This document shows positions 26,281-38,680 of a stretch of DNA of 44,078 nt, piece after piece; position 1 is the stretch's first letter, and the number at the start of each line of letters is the position of its first letter. The translations under genes were made by a program, and so were the position numbers. The notes under the pieces were generated by a model, which did no database searches, had not been told where the DNA came from, and worked only from the letters and a program-made list of their open reading frames with translations. This stretch comes from Nemertoderma westbladi (taxonomy: Eukaryota; Animalia; Xenacoelomorpha), in assembly GCA_032718475.1 (NCBI GenBank), contig JAUCBJ010001599.1, forward strand, positions 1 to 44,078. The letters are read 5' to 3'.

Positions 26281-26871
26281 TCAAATTAAAAATAAAAACA
26301 TATATAAAAAGTAAATCAACAAAAAATAATAATAAATAAATGAAAAAAAAAATAATAATAATAAAAAAAATATTAAATATAAAAAAAAGATAATATGCAC
26401 GCATATAACTAAATATAAAAAAAATAAGAAAAAATAAATCAAAAATTTGTATTCTTAAATTGTTACTTTTCGCTCGAATACACCCCAAAATAAGAAGAAA
26501 AAGGATTAGCCTTTTCCCTAGGGAAAAAAGCCATTTTGATTTTTCTTTTTTTCCCTGCGAAAAAAGTAACATAATACATTTTTGGTGGAATTTCATAAAT
26601 TGTATTACATGTGTTGAAAGAGCGTGGAAGTAGATAAGGTTTGCAAGTAATTTGAACAAAGTCCATTCACACACTCAAAAGTTATTACAACTTTAGTGTC
26701 TACAAGGCATATTCCAAAATGGAACTCAATATTCAACTAAATTAATACCATTATTAAATTAATACCAATAATAAATAGGAGGTCTTAATCTCGTTTATTT
26801 GACAGAAAATAATTTACCTTATTAGTAGAAAATTATTAACTCCTTCCATAGAGGTGTTAAACAAATAAACT

Positions 26872-27146
26872 ACACGTTGTGGGGCCTTCGCGCAGCACGA
26901 GAGCCTATATAAGAACGTGTACTAATCTCTAATAGATATTTCTTCGATTAGACCGTCTCTCCCAAAATATAAATGTGTGTTGCTTTCAGTTTGCGTTAAA
27001 CTAGTTGTAAAATGGGGTCCATTTCAGTTTGCCCTTATACGCTTTAACTGTCATTTGTAAAGATACTAACTAGAGCTATTTAAGTTAAATATGACATTTT
27101 TAGTTTTACAGTACTCTTAACCTTCATTAGCTTCGTTGCGCTCGTC
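26872..27146 (+). mobile_element. ~280-bp dispersed repeat, copy 2
   Basis: Colinear with 7413-7691. Confidence 0.75.
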
Positions 27147-27359
27147 CTGCTTTGACTCAAAATATTTTTCCTAAACGGAGACTGGAGACCTTTATAACTA
27201 TGCAAAGTCTCGAAACTGTGAGAGTAACTGCTGATTTATGGCAGATGGAACTGAAAAACTCGTTGCGTTCGTTCTGTAAAACCTGGTGCCCAAATATATA
27301 CAGAAAATCTAATAACATTACATTATCAGTAGTGAAACCGAACATAAAATTATAATTGG

Positions 27360-27940
27360 ATCTATAAATCTACCTTGGTATAAGGTGGTCAAGCATTTAG
27401 GACATATTTTGGACTTTCAGTGCAGTACGACAAAGATACAATAATTAAATTTTATTACTATATTCTTATATTTGATTAATTCGCCCAAGGCGACAATTAC
27501 TAAAACTGTTAAATAACAAGCGATAAATCGCGCAAAGGTCCGCATGAACTCGTTACATGAGATTCTAAGTGCCACGCTCTGCCAACTGAGCCACTGGGGC
27601 CGTATCAATCATTAACAACACCACAACAACGGAGTGAATGCTAGAAGTCTCGCTACGCGGAACTAAAAAGCTAGACCAGCTGTTAAATAAAACGTATAAA
27701 AGCAAAGAGTTTAAAAAAAGGTTAATCCCCAAGAGCATTAAAGAGTTAAAAATTGTAGCAGCTCTTGAATAGTTTAAGACAATAAATCTACTTTGCAGAT
27801 CCATTTACTACATGTAAGGTACAACGTATTTATGTGACATCATTTTACGGCAGTAATTTATGGAATCTATTTTCGTCAGTTACAAATAAAGTATTTACAA
27901 CTTGGAATACAAACATTGGCCTCACATTTAACTTACCGTT
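27360..27940 (+). mobile_element. Highly degraded non-LTR retrotransposon fragments (RTEX-like C-terminus), interrupted by a SINE
   Basis: Short translations LPWYKVVKHLGHIL (~27370) and TSFYGSNLWNLF..WNTNI..TFNLP (~27836). Confidence 0.5.
27470..27603 (-). mobile_element. tRNA-derived SINE, internally deleted relative of 2918-3110
   Basis: Minus strand reads GGCCCCAGTGGCTCAGTTGGCAGAGCG...GAGTTCA joined to GCGGACCTTTGCGCGATTTATCGCTTGTT. Confidence 0.65.
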
Positions 27941-30900
27941 TAATTGGGATTCCGGTCATGTAAGTTTAATTGTAATGGAAGCATGTAAAATCATTTGTCT
28001 ATCTATATTGTCAGCCATAAATTTATAAATTATATGGAAGAAACATGATGGACTGTCTTAACCTTTCCTGGGGACGATATTTTTACACAAAATCCTCAGT
28101 GATGCAAACAGGCAACAAGGCGTCCTTTAATACAGACCATGCGGCCGCGATTTAGGCAAAATTTGCGTAGGCTGATACTTTTACAATAGTATATATAGGC
28201 AATTCAATGCTTATTATGGGTAATCAGACAATGTTTGTGTATCTTATTAGTTGAAATATACTTCAGTAAACTATATTTTGTAATTTATTAAATTTGTACT
28301 GATAATTAAACATTTCAAATGGTTCGCTGACATATAAATCGGATGACGTTTGGGTGGATCTGGAATCTGGCAAGATGGTACTGCAGAGGTGGCGTTATCT
28401 GTTATATGTTTACTTTATATTATTATTAACGGTGTGGTAGGTACTTTATATTATCTATCAGGAACTTTATGTAATTATTTTGTTATTGCCTACCCAATAT
28501 TCCTCACCACAGCGTGAAAAACATATCAATGAAACTGTTTCTTCACTAATTAAATAGATTAAGTAACAATCCTGAGAATTAATCGTAAATCATAAAATTA
28601 AACGTGTGACTCCTCCCCTGCAGATAATTGTCTCAGTTTTAAAGAGTCGCATTGGCAGATAAGTTAAGGGCACTGCCAACCTCATTCAACGCACGGGCTG
28701 GAACAATGAAACATGGAACGAGCTTAAAAACAAAGGATGGCCCTCCGAACAAACAATGGATCATAATGACCAAGAGAAAAGTCGCCAGTTTATCTGGACG
28801 ATCCACTGGAGTGGCCATTACAGGCCAAGCATTGACCCAACGTGGTACTGTAGGGATGGTTTTACATAACTTCGAGAAATTAAACACAATTTTGTCGATT
28901 TTGAGTACCACTCAAAAAAAGCTTTACTCAATACTTGTAGCGAATATGGAATCAACAGATAAATAAACCCATTCTTCGGAGCATTAAGAATTGAAACTTG
29001 CAGAAACTTATATTAGTCTGCTGGTAATTGTTAAGGTGGCGATGGCGAACTATCTTTTCAATTTCTGATCAGGCGAATGCGAACGGTATGGAAAGGAAAC
29101 TCTTTTCCAACCAAAAATACGATGTGAAGTTAATCCCAGCACCCAGCCACCCCGTAGTGGCGTTGTTCTTTCGAAACTCTACCGTCCACTGAGCGACTAC
29201 GTAGACCTTCTCTCTATTGGCTCATCGCAAATACAGCAATAATACCGGTAGTCATCGTGAGTATGAGTAACAATGTCCATTGTTATATACCAAATTGACA
29301 ATGGTGGCTGTTATGACGAGGCGGATGGAGAGGGGATACAGGACATGGGTGTAACGAAAACACTGACGGAGGATGGGGACGGACGGAAGCACCTCCGCGA
29401 ACGCGAACGACTTCACCGTGGTCTCCGGTCAATACTTTCGACAAACGCCAATGTTCTTCGTTACACAGGCAATAATGTTAGGTAGCGCCCGCAGAAAGGC
29501 ACGCATTTGATTCGAAGACGAAAACCTTTCCAAGGTTCTGTTCCTCGAGAGTGGCGTCGCAATTCCATCAGCAGTAGCCGCCACAGCATTATTTATGAGG
29601 CATTATACTGTTCTAATTCCATTATAAATCAGTCTACGTAAAACTAATACTGTAGGCCTAAAGAAAACTTGAGTTTAATAAAGCTAATTAACTAATTAAA
29701 GTAATATATTCTGTCAATCAATTAGTCTACCTACAACAACTAGCATAGCTGCATAGCACAATAGCATTGTACTGTTAATAAACAGGGGCATCAAGTTGGA
29801 TTATTGATCACAATAAAATTTACTAAGGTTCGGTATGACCTTTTATTCCATATTTGGAAACAGCTGATAGCTGATTAATCTCAAAAATAAAACTGTAACC
29901 TGTCTAATGATTTTAGTTTATTGTTTCGGTTAGAATGGCGTGCCAATATAAACTACCTCTTTGCCTTAATTTATAAATTTAACTTTAGTGACGAGATATT
30001 AATTCGCCGAGATGGGACCCCTTGGACTTCACCCATCTCATGACCTGGGGGAACCCCCAGCCCCCCCCCCCCCCCCCCCCCCAGTCTCAAACTACGTCAT
30101 ACAAACTCTGAACAACCCAGGAAACAAGAAAGTAATACGAAACCAATAAATTTAATTGTAATTATGGGATTTTATGTTTACAATTCCATGGAAATTGCGA
30201 TCCAAGAAAATCTTGTAATATTGCAGAATGGAACTGCGTCGTTGTCTGCATATAAAAGGGGAAATAAAGGCAGCATATATCTAAAGAGGAAATGATTGCG
30301 GCGAACAATCGAACATGCAAACCCATAACCACCTAGGCGCGACAACAAGGTAGAAAACCCTCGCAATATCAATCGGCATTAAACATCTCAGTAGCAAAAC
30401 GCAATGCAATAAAGCGTTCAAATCACAACCAACAAAATTATGTTGGAATTCCTAAGCAAATATGTCGGGTGATTAATTCAATTCAAATTGACATAAATAT
30501 CATGCGACACAAGATAACTGTCAGTTCAGATGCGCCTCACAACACTGCCAAAGGCGTTTAACAACGTAAAGTAAGTGGTATAACATTACCGAGATCATTA
30601 GATGATTATTATCTCATCTGATAAGAAACATCATTTAACACCAGTTCTTTGGAGAATCGCGATTAATTAATGTACAATGACGCATTGGTAGCGCATGTAC
30701 CGGTAATAACTTATTGAAAGGCATTTTAAGCTGTTCCTCCGAATGTGATAATAAAGTTATTTGGTTGAATTCGCCGAATGTAAATGGAGGTTATTTGGAA
30801 TGGATGCCGAGAAACAAATCATTACAGGGGCATCACAAGCTTGGAATAAAACCATGCGATGCATTACGGATGATCAATAAAACAGAGAGACATCATTCCG

Positions 30901-31097
30901 AGATGTTATGACTATCATACCCCCCCCCCCCCCCCCTATATCAATAACAACAGAGATAGAGAGACAGGGGACTACAATTGCGAACCTTGAAACCTACACA
31001 CAAACAGGCAGTATACTACGTGTGACATGTTCGTTCATTAGCTAATAACATTGTTATATCAGCCATATCCTAATACAATATAAATATTATATAGTAC

Positions 31098-31212
31098 CTT
31101 TGCGACCCTTCCACGTAGCACGCGTTTAGGATATTGTATGTCTCTAATATTGTATCCAACAAGGTGTTAGCTGTTCCAGGTAGCAATTCGGTTGTTCCTT
31201 TATCAACCACAT
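31098..31212 (-). CDS. RAPGEF1: RAPGEF1/C3G-like exon (DVVDKGTTELLPGTANTLLDTIL...)
   Basis: Acceptor TGTAG, donor AG|GTAC, phase 1-2. Resembles C3G IVDK...EMLPGSASKVLEAIL. Confidence 0.85.
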
Positions 31213-31432
31213 CTACATTATACAAAATAATATTACTAATACGCTGATACTATATACTATTGTAAAACGAATTATGACCCGTCAATGTCAAACTTCGTTC
31301 GGGTTCGGGTCGTATAACAGTAAATTAATATCTACCGATGTTTCTCAGTGCGATGCGTGTCGCCTGTCGCCACGGGTAATTAATTCTGCAGCAAATATAA
31401 TAATTAAAAAAACTAAGGCCAGATAATCTTAC

Positions 31433-31669
31433 CATCAAAATATTTCAATGAAAGACGGACGCCTTTTTCAGCGGTGCGTAGATTGTCTATATCTCTGATA
31501 TAATGGGGTCGGTTGTGTCCTGTAATACCGTTACCAGCTCCAGTGGGGGAGGGGAGTGACAGTGATGCCTTGCCCACTGATGAAGGGGTGGGGGACAGGC
31601 TGCGGTGAATAATCTTGTTCTTAAGTAGGGTTGGTATGCGTGCGACTTTCCCAACAGGCGATATCGATT
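31433..31669 (-). CDS. RAPGEF1: RAPGEF1/C3G-like exon (ends LRTAEKGVRLSLKYFD)
   Basis: Acceptor TTGCAG, donor GTAAG, 237 nt open, phase 1-1. The end resembles the C3G N-terminal helical region (EKEVVSALRYFK). Confidence 0.8.
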
Positions 31670-32196
31670 CTGCAATTAGAAATTGGCAAATAAATTACAC
31701 GTCCGAGTCAGTAAGGCTTAGTACTACTCAGCAGTTCAATGGGAAATCGGACTTCCGTATTAGTTCAATATATTGACAAAGTAACGAAACATTAACGTAT
31801 GCCTTCATACTGTAAGGTTAAAATACAAAAAATCATAAAGAAACATGGCGGAATCTAAACTGCATTTAGGCGAAATGATTCCTAATCTTGACGGCTACGT
31901 GCTTAACACATCCCTATATAATATATAACGCGCATTTTCCGTGGTTGCAGCTGTCAGTATACTGCCACCGAAGTATGAGTTCAACCCACTAACCCGCCCG
32001 TTAATGTTCACTTAGAGAAATCCATTCATTTTGTCATAGTCCAAGTTAAGACTGTGCAACTATCGATGTGATTCACCCTTTCTATACTATTGTATACCAG
32101 GAATCCAATATAAAGTTAATATATTTATAAGAATACAATGTATACTATCTTATATGTCTTGTCTGTTTACTTACTTCATTCCAATATATTTGTATT

Positions 32197-32320
32197 ATTA
32201 TTGTTTTACATACTGTAAATATTTATTGTTTTACATACTGTAAATATTTATTGTTTTACATACTGTAAATATTTATTGTTTTACATACTGTAAATATTTA
32301 TTGTTCTACATACTGTAAAT
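32197..32320. repeat. 25-bp tandem repeat, 5 copies
   Basis: Unit ATTGTTTTACATACTGTAAATATTT. Confidence 0.9.
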
Positions 32321-33256
32321 GTCCGTATCTATGGTGTAATATTCAATCTAACATAAACTTCTATGTAATTGTGCTTTGGGCAGGGAAGATATTAAATATT
32401 TAGAATTAATTAATTAATTTTTTTTGTATACTGTGCGTGCACGCTACCTGATTGTGTTTTGGATAGATATTAGACACTAGCATACCCTCCTGATATTAGA
32501 TAATATATATTTAGATTTTAGAATTAATTTATTTTATTTTTTTGTATACTCTGCTACACGCTATATTTAGTTTTGTTTTTCGTGGGACGTAAGACGTATT
32601 GCGAATGTTTACATTACCTGCAGTACCTTGCGTGGTGGTTTATTTATATATTATTATTATATTCTGTCAATAAAATTACTACTACTACCATACATGTGTG
32701 TGGCATGGGGATTTGATACAAATAAATAGCATTCAATATCTCTAAGCGCTATTGATAATAGCACTAAATAAACTTTCCATCAGCTGTTAATAGCGACTAT
32801 TTTTCACTGGAGTGGTTGCGCGTCAAGAGACCTCACCCCCTAATATTTTTGACGATATTTTCTGCGTTGAGCCGCCGACAGCCAACACAACACGAATTAA
32901 TGGCCCAAAATGATCGTGGGGGTATTTAAATTGATACAATACAATATATTAAACCAATGAAAAATACTTACGCATGGTATTACTGATTCGCAACTTAAGC
33001 AACACAATAAAATAAAAATATAAGATTTAAAAATAATATATCATTCATTTGACAACAAAATTACCTAAAACAAATCAAGTATATCAAGTATATGGTAAAT
33101 TCATTACGGAACTGAATATAAATCCAATTAAATTTGTTTCAAAATCAAAACACTTCTGAACGTTAAAGTCATCCCAAATTTGTTATAGGTAAGTAGTACT
33201 GTAATATGACTGAAATTTTCGTTAACATAAATTAACATTGAACATTGAACAATACA

Positions 33257-34018
33257 CAGGCCACTTTAATTTGTAGAATCCAGAAAATAAATAAATTAAG
33301 CTAAATTCTAGTCCTCCAAAATCTTAATTTGTAGGTTAATTTCTAGCCCCTATTTTCTGCTTAAAAACGCTTAATAAACTCGTAATTAGCATCGAATGAG
33401 TGTATTATAAGTTCCAACAAACAGACATACAGAAACACTCAAGCCCAATTGAATTTTGAGTTTTTTTTTATATTTTAGTATTAAAAGTTCTTCAAACTGC
33501 TGCGAATCAAAGCACTACTCTAGGGAAAAAATTACTCGAACTGCTTCGATTTTCGTTTTTAATAACCCGAACTCCAGTCTCCCTTTCTGACTCCTTATTG
33601 TTGTCCGTTTTACTTCCACCAGCGCTTCTAAAGTGCCGATGTTATAACAACTGTTAATAATAATTATTTATTTATAAACAAACCACACCAAACACTAATC
33701 CGTACTTATATTTTATTTCATAGTTGTGAACCTTGTTTGTATATATACTATTCATTTTATTGAGTTTACTAATAATTAATGAATAATATAAATTGTCGTC
33801 TTACCCCGTTGGGGTGTCTCTTAATAAAAAAAGTGCCGATGTTATCAGATGTCAAGTTCAGCTACACCCTGTTTGTCATTTTTGGTGTAATTGTTTAGTA
33901 AAAGCGCCTCTAGTCAAGAAAAAACATTATTTTTTTACCCTTATTTTCTAGTACTCCAAAATCTTAATTTCTAGCTAATTTCTAGATTCTTGAAAATTCT
34001 ACAAAATAAAGTGGCCTG
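33257..34018. mobile_element. Non-autonomous hAT-type element (MITE)
   Basis: TIRs CAGGCCACTTTAATTTGTAGAAT / ATTCTACAAAATAAAGTGGCCTG and a perfect 8-bp TSD ACAATACA. Confidence 0.88.
33646..33829 (+). mobile_element. Short retroposed 3' end nested in the hAT MITE
   Basis: Ends in AATAAAAAAA and is flanked by a 16-bp direct repeat AAAGTGCCGATGTTAT (33630-33645, 33830-33845). Confidence 0.75.
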
Positions 34019-34879
34019 ACAATACATGTACTTTGAACTCTGAAGACCGGTTTACGTGGGGCAACATTTTGAGCAACTTGGTGAGCAACTCATGTTACCA
34101 ATGAAATTGCTCCTTATAAACACGAAGCTGATGTAAAAAAAATTGCAATGTTTAAACTTCGAACAAGTTAAGTTTCTCAAAATAAAGTTGCTGGTTGCTT
34201 GCCAAGTTTGTCAAAAACGTGTAACCCGGACATCATCTAGCCAAATGATAAAGGAATCGCTTTACAATACAGGATGCATACTAGACATAAACACCTGACC
34301 ACCTGACAAGGAAATGATAAGATAGCTATAACAAACAAGAGATTTATACGAAAGAGCTACAATGTGAAAGCGGATCACCACTAGTCCTTGAAGTATAGCA
34401 GGCCAGGGAAATATAGATAGAAATGGGACAATTATTAACCAATGACAAACAGCATGTAGTAGGCCCAGTAGCCATTTAGAAACAGAGGGAAGAAGGTTAC
34501 TTCGGTTTACACCAAAGAAATTCCATTGGCCAGTAATCATTTAATGGAATTCCGAAGTTGGGAGCTTTCTAATACTTCACATCATACCTGAGCTGTGCTG
34601 CAGTGTGCCTGAGTAGCACTAGCACACGCTATTTTTTTTTATTGAATGCAGTTTTAATTTTAATTAATTTATTAAAATACAATAATTGCACATAATCAAG
34701 GACTTCTAGAATACAGTATATTGGGCGTTGCACTTAGCTCCCACTGTAGTTTTTGAAGGCTGATTTTTTCTTTGGTATTTTAATACTACTTTAATCTGAT
34801 TTTAATTCTGATGTTTTTCTTAATTTTTTTTTTCTTGCATAATATGCCATGTTGATTTTCAAATTTAAGTAATTAGTTA

Positions 34880-35500
34880 TTATTCCAAAATTGTAACATT
34901 ACTCAACGCCGTTAGTATTAACAGCGAGTTGTTATTTAGCACTTTACAACCTTAGAGGACATTACAGCATTGTATTGGCCTGTACAATTAGTATTATATA
35001 TAGTGGGTGTTGTAATGTCCCATGTTTATGTAGTAACCAATGACGGCGAGCTGTAAAGTTACGGCGTCAATGGTTACCACGTAAACAATAGTGGAAATTT
35101 GCCTGACAGCCAGATAGGCCTACTGCATTACCTAACGGTAGGCGGGGTATAGCTATTAATAACCAGTAGGGCCTAGCTATATTATTATAACATGGCTCCA
35201 AACGCCACCATAAATACAAGCTAACTTATTTATAACATAATTTATGTCATTTTTAAATTTATTTATACAGCAACTAATTTAATTTGTGCAGTTTCTATCA
35301 CTTATAATATATATACAATCATTTCGTAATGTTACAATTTTGGAATAAAACAACATACTTGTTGCAAAGAGTCTTTACAGTGTTCTGATCCTCGTGGCTT
35401 TAATTTCGCTCACTCACTAACGTTCGTTGGTGTAACAAAGCCACTCGGATCATCACACTATAAAGTGCTACTTAACACACAAGTATGTAAATAGTTATTA
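34880..35500 (+). mobile_element. ~620-bp dispersed double-hairpin repeat, copy 1
   Basis: Colinear with the reverse complement of 39789-40393. Internal inverted repeat TTATTCCAAAATTGTAACATTAC plus a terminal ~135-bp hairpin. Confidence 0.85.
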
Positions 35501-37044
35501 TGTAATTTAAAAAAATTAGCTACCATCAAATAGACTTACTTCTGCCACAATTGAAAAATCACGAATTACTTAATATTTGGAGACCCACATAGCAAGCATA
35601 TGCATGAAGAAAAAATTGAGATAGAGCATCAGAAAATACTTTTATTCTTAAATCGTTACTTTTTTGCTCAAATATACCTCAAAATCTAGAGAAAATGGAG
35701 TATTTTTAAAATAAAACAAAATATTTTTGGTGGAATTTCTTAAGGGGAGTAGTACAGGCATTTTTTCCATACAAACTACTATTAAGCCTCGGTACACTTT
35801 AAGAACACATCAGATTACTTTATAGGCCAACTGTTCCTGAATTCCAACCGGAATTTAACTGGCTTTCAGGTAATCCAATTGGTTTTTTGAATTTCTCAAG
35901 ACATTCAAATTTTCTATAACTCAAATGGCAGTTTTCACTTTTAATGAAATCTTATTTGTCTGTATGTCTGTCTGTCGGTCTTTCTGACTATCCGACAATC
36001 TGTCCGTCATATATAAGAAAAGGGCATACAATCTAGTTAAAAGTTTAGCTAGATGGGTTTTCCTGGTCGCAGAATTAATTTCGAGTGTCAGTTTTAACAT
36101 TTGATGACTTCCAAATTGTCTGTTTGGCAGTCAATCTGCCGGTTATATTTTGACGCACAGACTGACATGACAGGCATACAGACAGAAACGACGAGCCCAA
36201 ATTTGAATATTGAGATCAGAAATGAAGTAACCGACCACGAAAACCCATATATGTAATTTTTTTAGACAGATAGTTTGCTTTTTATTGACGGACAGACATA
36301 CTAACGGACAAACCGACAGTCAATCAGACAGACAGCCATATCTCGTAAAGTAAGACAGATCTTACTAATTTTGGAATCTTGATAAAAATTTGCTCTAGTT
36401 GAAATAGAAAAAAAATTTGATTTGCACGAAAAAATTTGCACGAAATTATAGCAAAATAAAAGCTCATACTGAAAAGTTATTGCAACTATAGTGTCTGTAA
36501 GGCGTGCTCCAAAACGGAACTCAATATCCAATATAGTTTGTGTAGTTAAGCGGCTCTCTAGTTACGTAATAAATATTCGAGAACACTAACTTATTTAACT
36601 TTGAGTAAGGCAGTAACAGGAGTTGAAAATTACAATAATTGGATTTGGAATCGCTGTAACTATGGAAGCAATATAGTAAAATACAGAAATACTGCAGTTC
36701 AAATTATCTTGTAACACTTGAGTGAAATATTTAATTCCGCCACTCGCCGCTAGAGGGACACAAAAAAATTTACAATTTCAATTTTTGTTGCTCTTAGGCC
36801 TTCCCCACGTTTGCTGAACACAACATAACAGTGATATTGACCTACAACACGAAGTTTGAGCTGTTTAAAAAAAAACTCTCCTGAGGGGGTACCCCCCCCC
36901 CCCCCCCCCGCGCCCTTAAAGAATGACATGAATGAGCAACAAAAAAGTACAAATTTATGAATAAAATTACGTACCGGGTATTACATAGGTAATCATTGTA
37001 GCAGGTACCGTCAACCGTAGATGATAATAGGCAGATAAGCATAC

Positions 37045-37090
37045 CTGATTTATAAACTGGGACCGGATGTTCGGAGGAAATTGCTGCCAT
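37045..37090 (-). CDS. RAPGEF1: RAPGEF1/C3G-like, candidate first coding exon (MAAISSEHPVPVYKS)
   Basis: ATG at 37090 and donor CAG|GTATGC in phase 1, matching the phase-1 acceptor at 31669. No homology support; based on splice signal and phase only. Confidence 0.6.
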
Positions 37091-38680
37091 CTAGCTAACC
37101 GTCAGTATCTGTCAGTCTGTATTGAATATCAATCACTGGCGCGCTGACGCCAGAATGCCAGGCCAAGCTGCAACAAGGCCAGCTTGCAACTCTCTTCCAG
37201 TCTTCTATCGAGAGTCTATCAAGCTAGACAGCTAGACTACCTCCATCCATTCCACATTGCTCCAGACTGCCAGACCTGTCTGCCTGTACTCTGCAGTAGG
37301 CTACACTTCTGACTGTCTGGTATGCCTACACCTACGGTACCATACTGCCATACAGTCCCCTTGCCACTTCAGCACTTACAGCCTTACGCTTACAGCCCTT
37401 TTCAGCAGTTCAGGTTTTCTACAATTTGCTGACCCTGACCTGACCTGGACTCCTGAAGTATTCCCTTCCGGCTTCTGCCTGTCTGCCACTACCTGACTGT
37501 GACTCCCTTGATGCCTTGGCCTTTTGGCAGCTTTGTTGGTGCTAAGCCAAGCTACTGAGCTAGGTGCTAACCAGAAACCAGCTAACGTTTTTGCTGCTTT
37601 GTTCAGTTGATAGTTTTGTAGCGGAACCGAGTCGGAGCGGTAGATTTGAGATCCAGCTATAGGCTAGGGCCTATCACAACTGCATCAATCATGACTACAT
37701 TGTGATATGCAATCTGACTACTGTTCGCGCCTACCGTACCTGCCTACACATACCTGCCCTGCATACAACTGCAAACTGTACAGATGTACCTCAGTAGCTT
37801 ACCACTGTTTGACTTGCGGTCTTGCGCTGTGACTGTGTGCAGGTGAGTTGCGACGTGCTGGCTGGCGTGCAGTTTGCATTGCGGACACAACTGTCAACTG
37901 TTATACTGTTGACTGGTTGAATGTTGTAAATGTTATACTGTCAACTGGCATGATCTGACTGCCAGAATGCTGACATGACTGCATGACAGCATGACACTAT
38001 ACAGATATAACACAGATCATGCCTGCATGCACCATGCTGCCATGCAGATACAGACTGACATAGCTGCAGAGAGTGCTGGAGTGCTGAGTACCGGTGGTAT
38101 CTGGGTATTGGAGTACTGGCTGACTGGAGTAAGGCTAGTACTGTAGTATGTAGTACAGTAAGGCTGTAACAGTGTAAGGTCAGAAGGTAAAAAGTCTGTC
38201 GCAGTCGTTGAGTCGTTCCGTTGGGTAGCGCGTAGCGGTAGTCCGGTAGGCCTAGTGTTGATTGATAGCCTACCCTGCTACCCCTAAATGCTAATGCATA
38301 ATACACTCAACAGCTCAATGCAGTACTGCTGTACCTGTGTACCGTACTGCTGTAGTTTAGTGACATTTTCTTTGACTGGTTGGCCTACTGTGTACTGCTG
38401 TACTGCCGTACCCAGTTATCAGACAGTGAAGTCCGCCAGACTGTCAATGTTATCATTATCTGTGGTCAACGACCTCTCGAACAAATTACTTATTCAATAA
38501 AAATTAGGCATATTCTGGAAGTAACTACTTTCCTTCTAAATACTTCCCCACCAAGACGTAGTACATCAGTATACCGTTCACCGTTAAGCGTAACTAATAG
38601 CCCGACCGAAACGTGAAAACCTGGTATACTGTATAGTGTATATAGTGTATACTGTAGTATATACAGTAGTGCAGTACGCA
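37091..38680 (-). promoter_or_regulatory. Probable RAPGEF1 5'UTR/promoter, saturated with short duplication footprints
   Basis: Lies immediately upstream of the candidate ATG, is GC-richer than its flanks, and has at least 16 NNNNN-CWG-NNNNN motifs. Promoter identity is positional inference. Confidence 0.5.

Noticed and set aside
26267-26674. 135-aa hydrophobic ORF
   Set aside because: It is the translation of a low-complexity A-rich tract next to the RTE tail.
37224-38342. The 8-bp inserts as hAT 8-bp TSD footprints or replication slippage
   Set aside because: Only 5 bp are consistently duplicated and the other 3 are CAG/CTG whatever the flank. Hairpin repair or slippage would give flank-dependent sequence.
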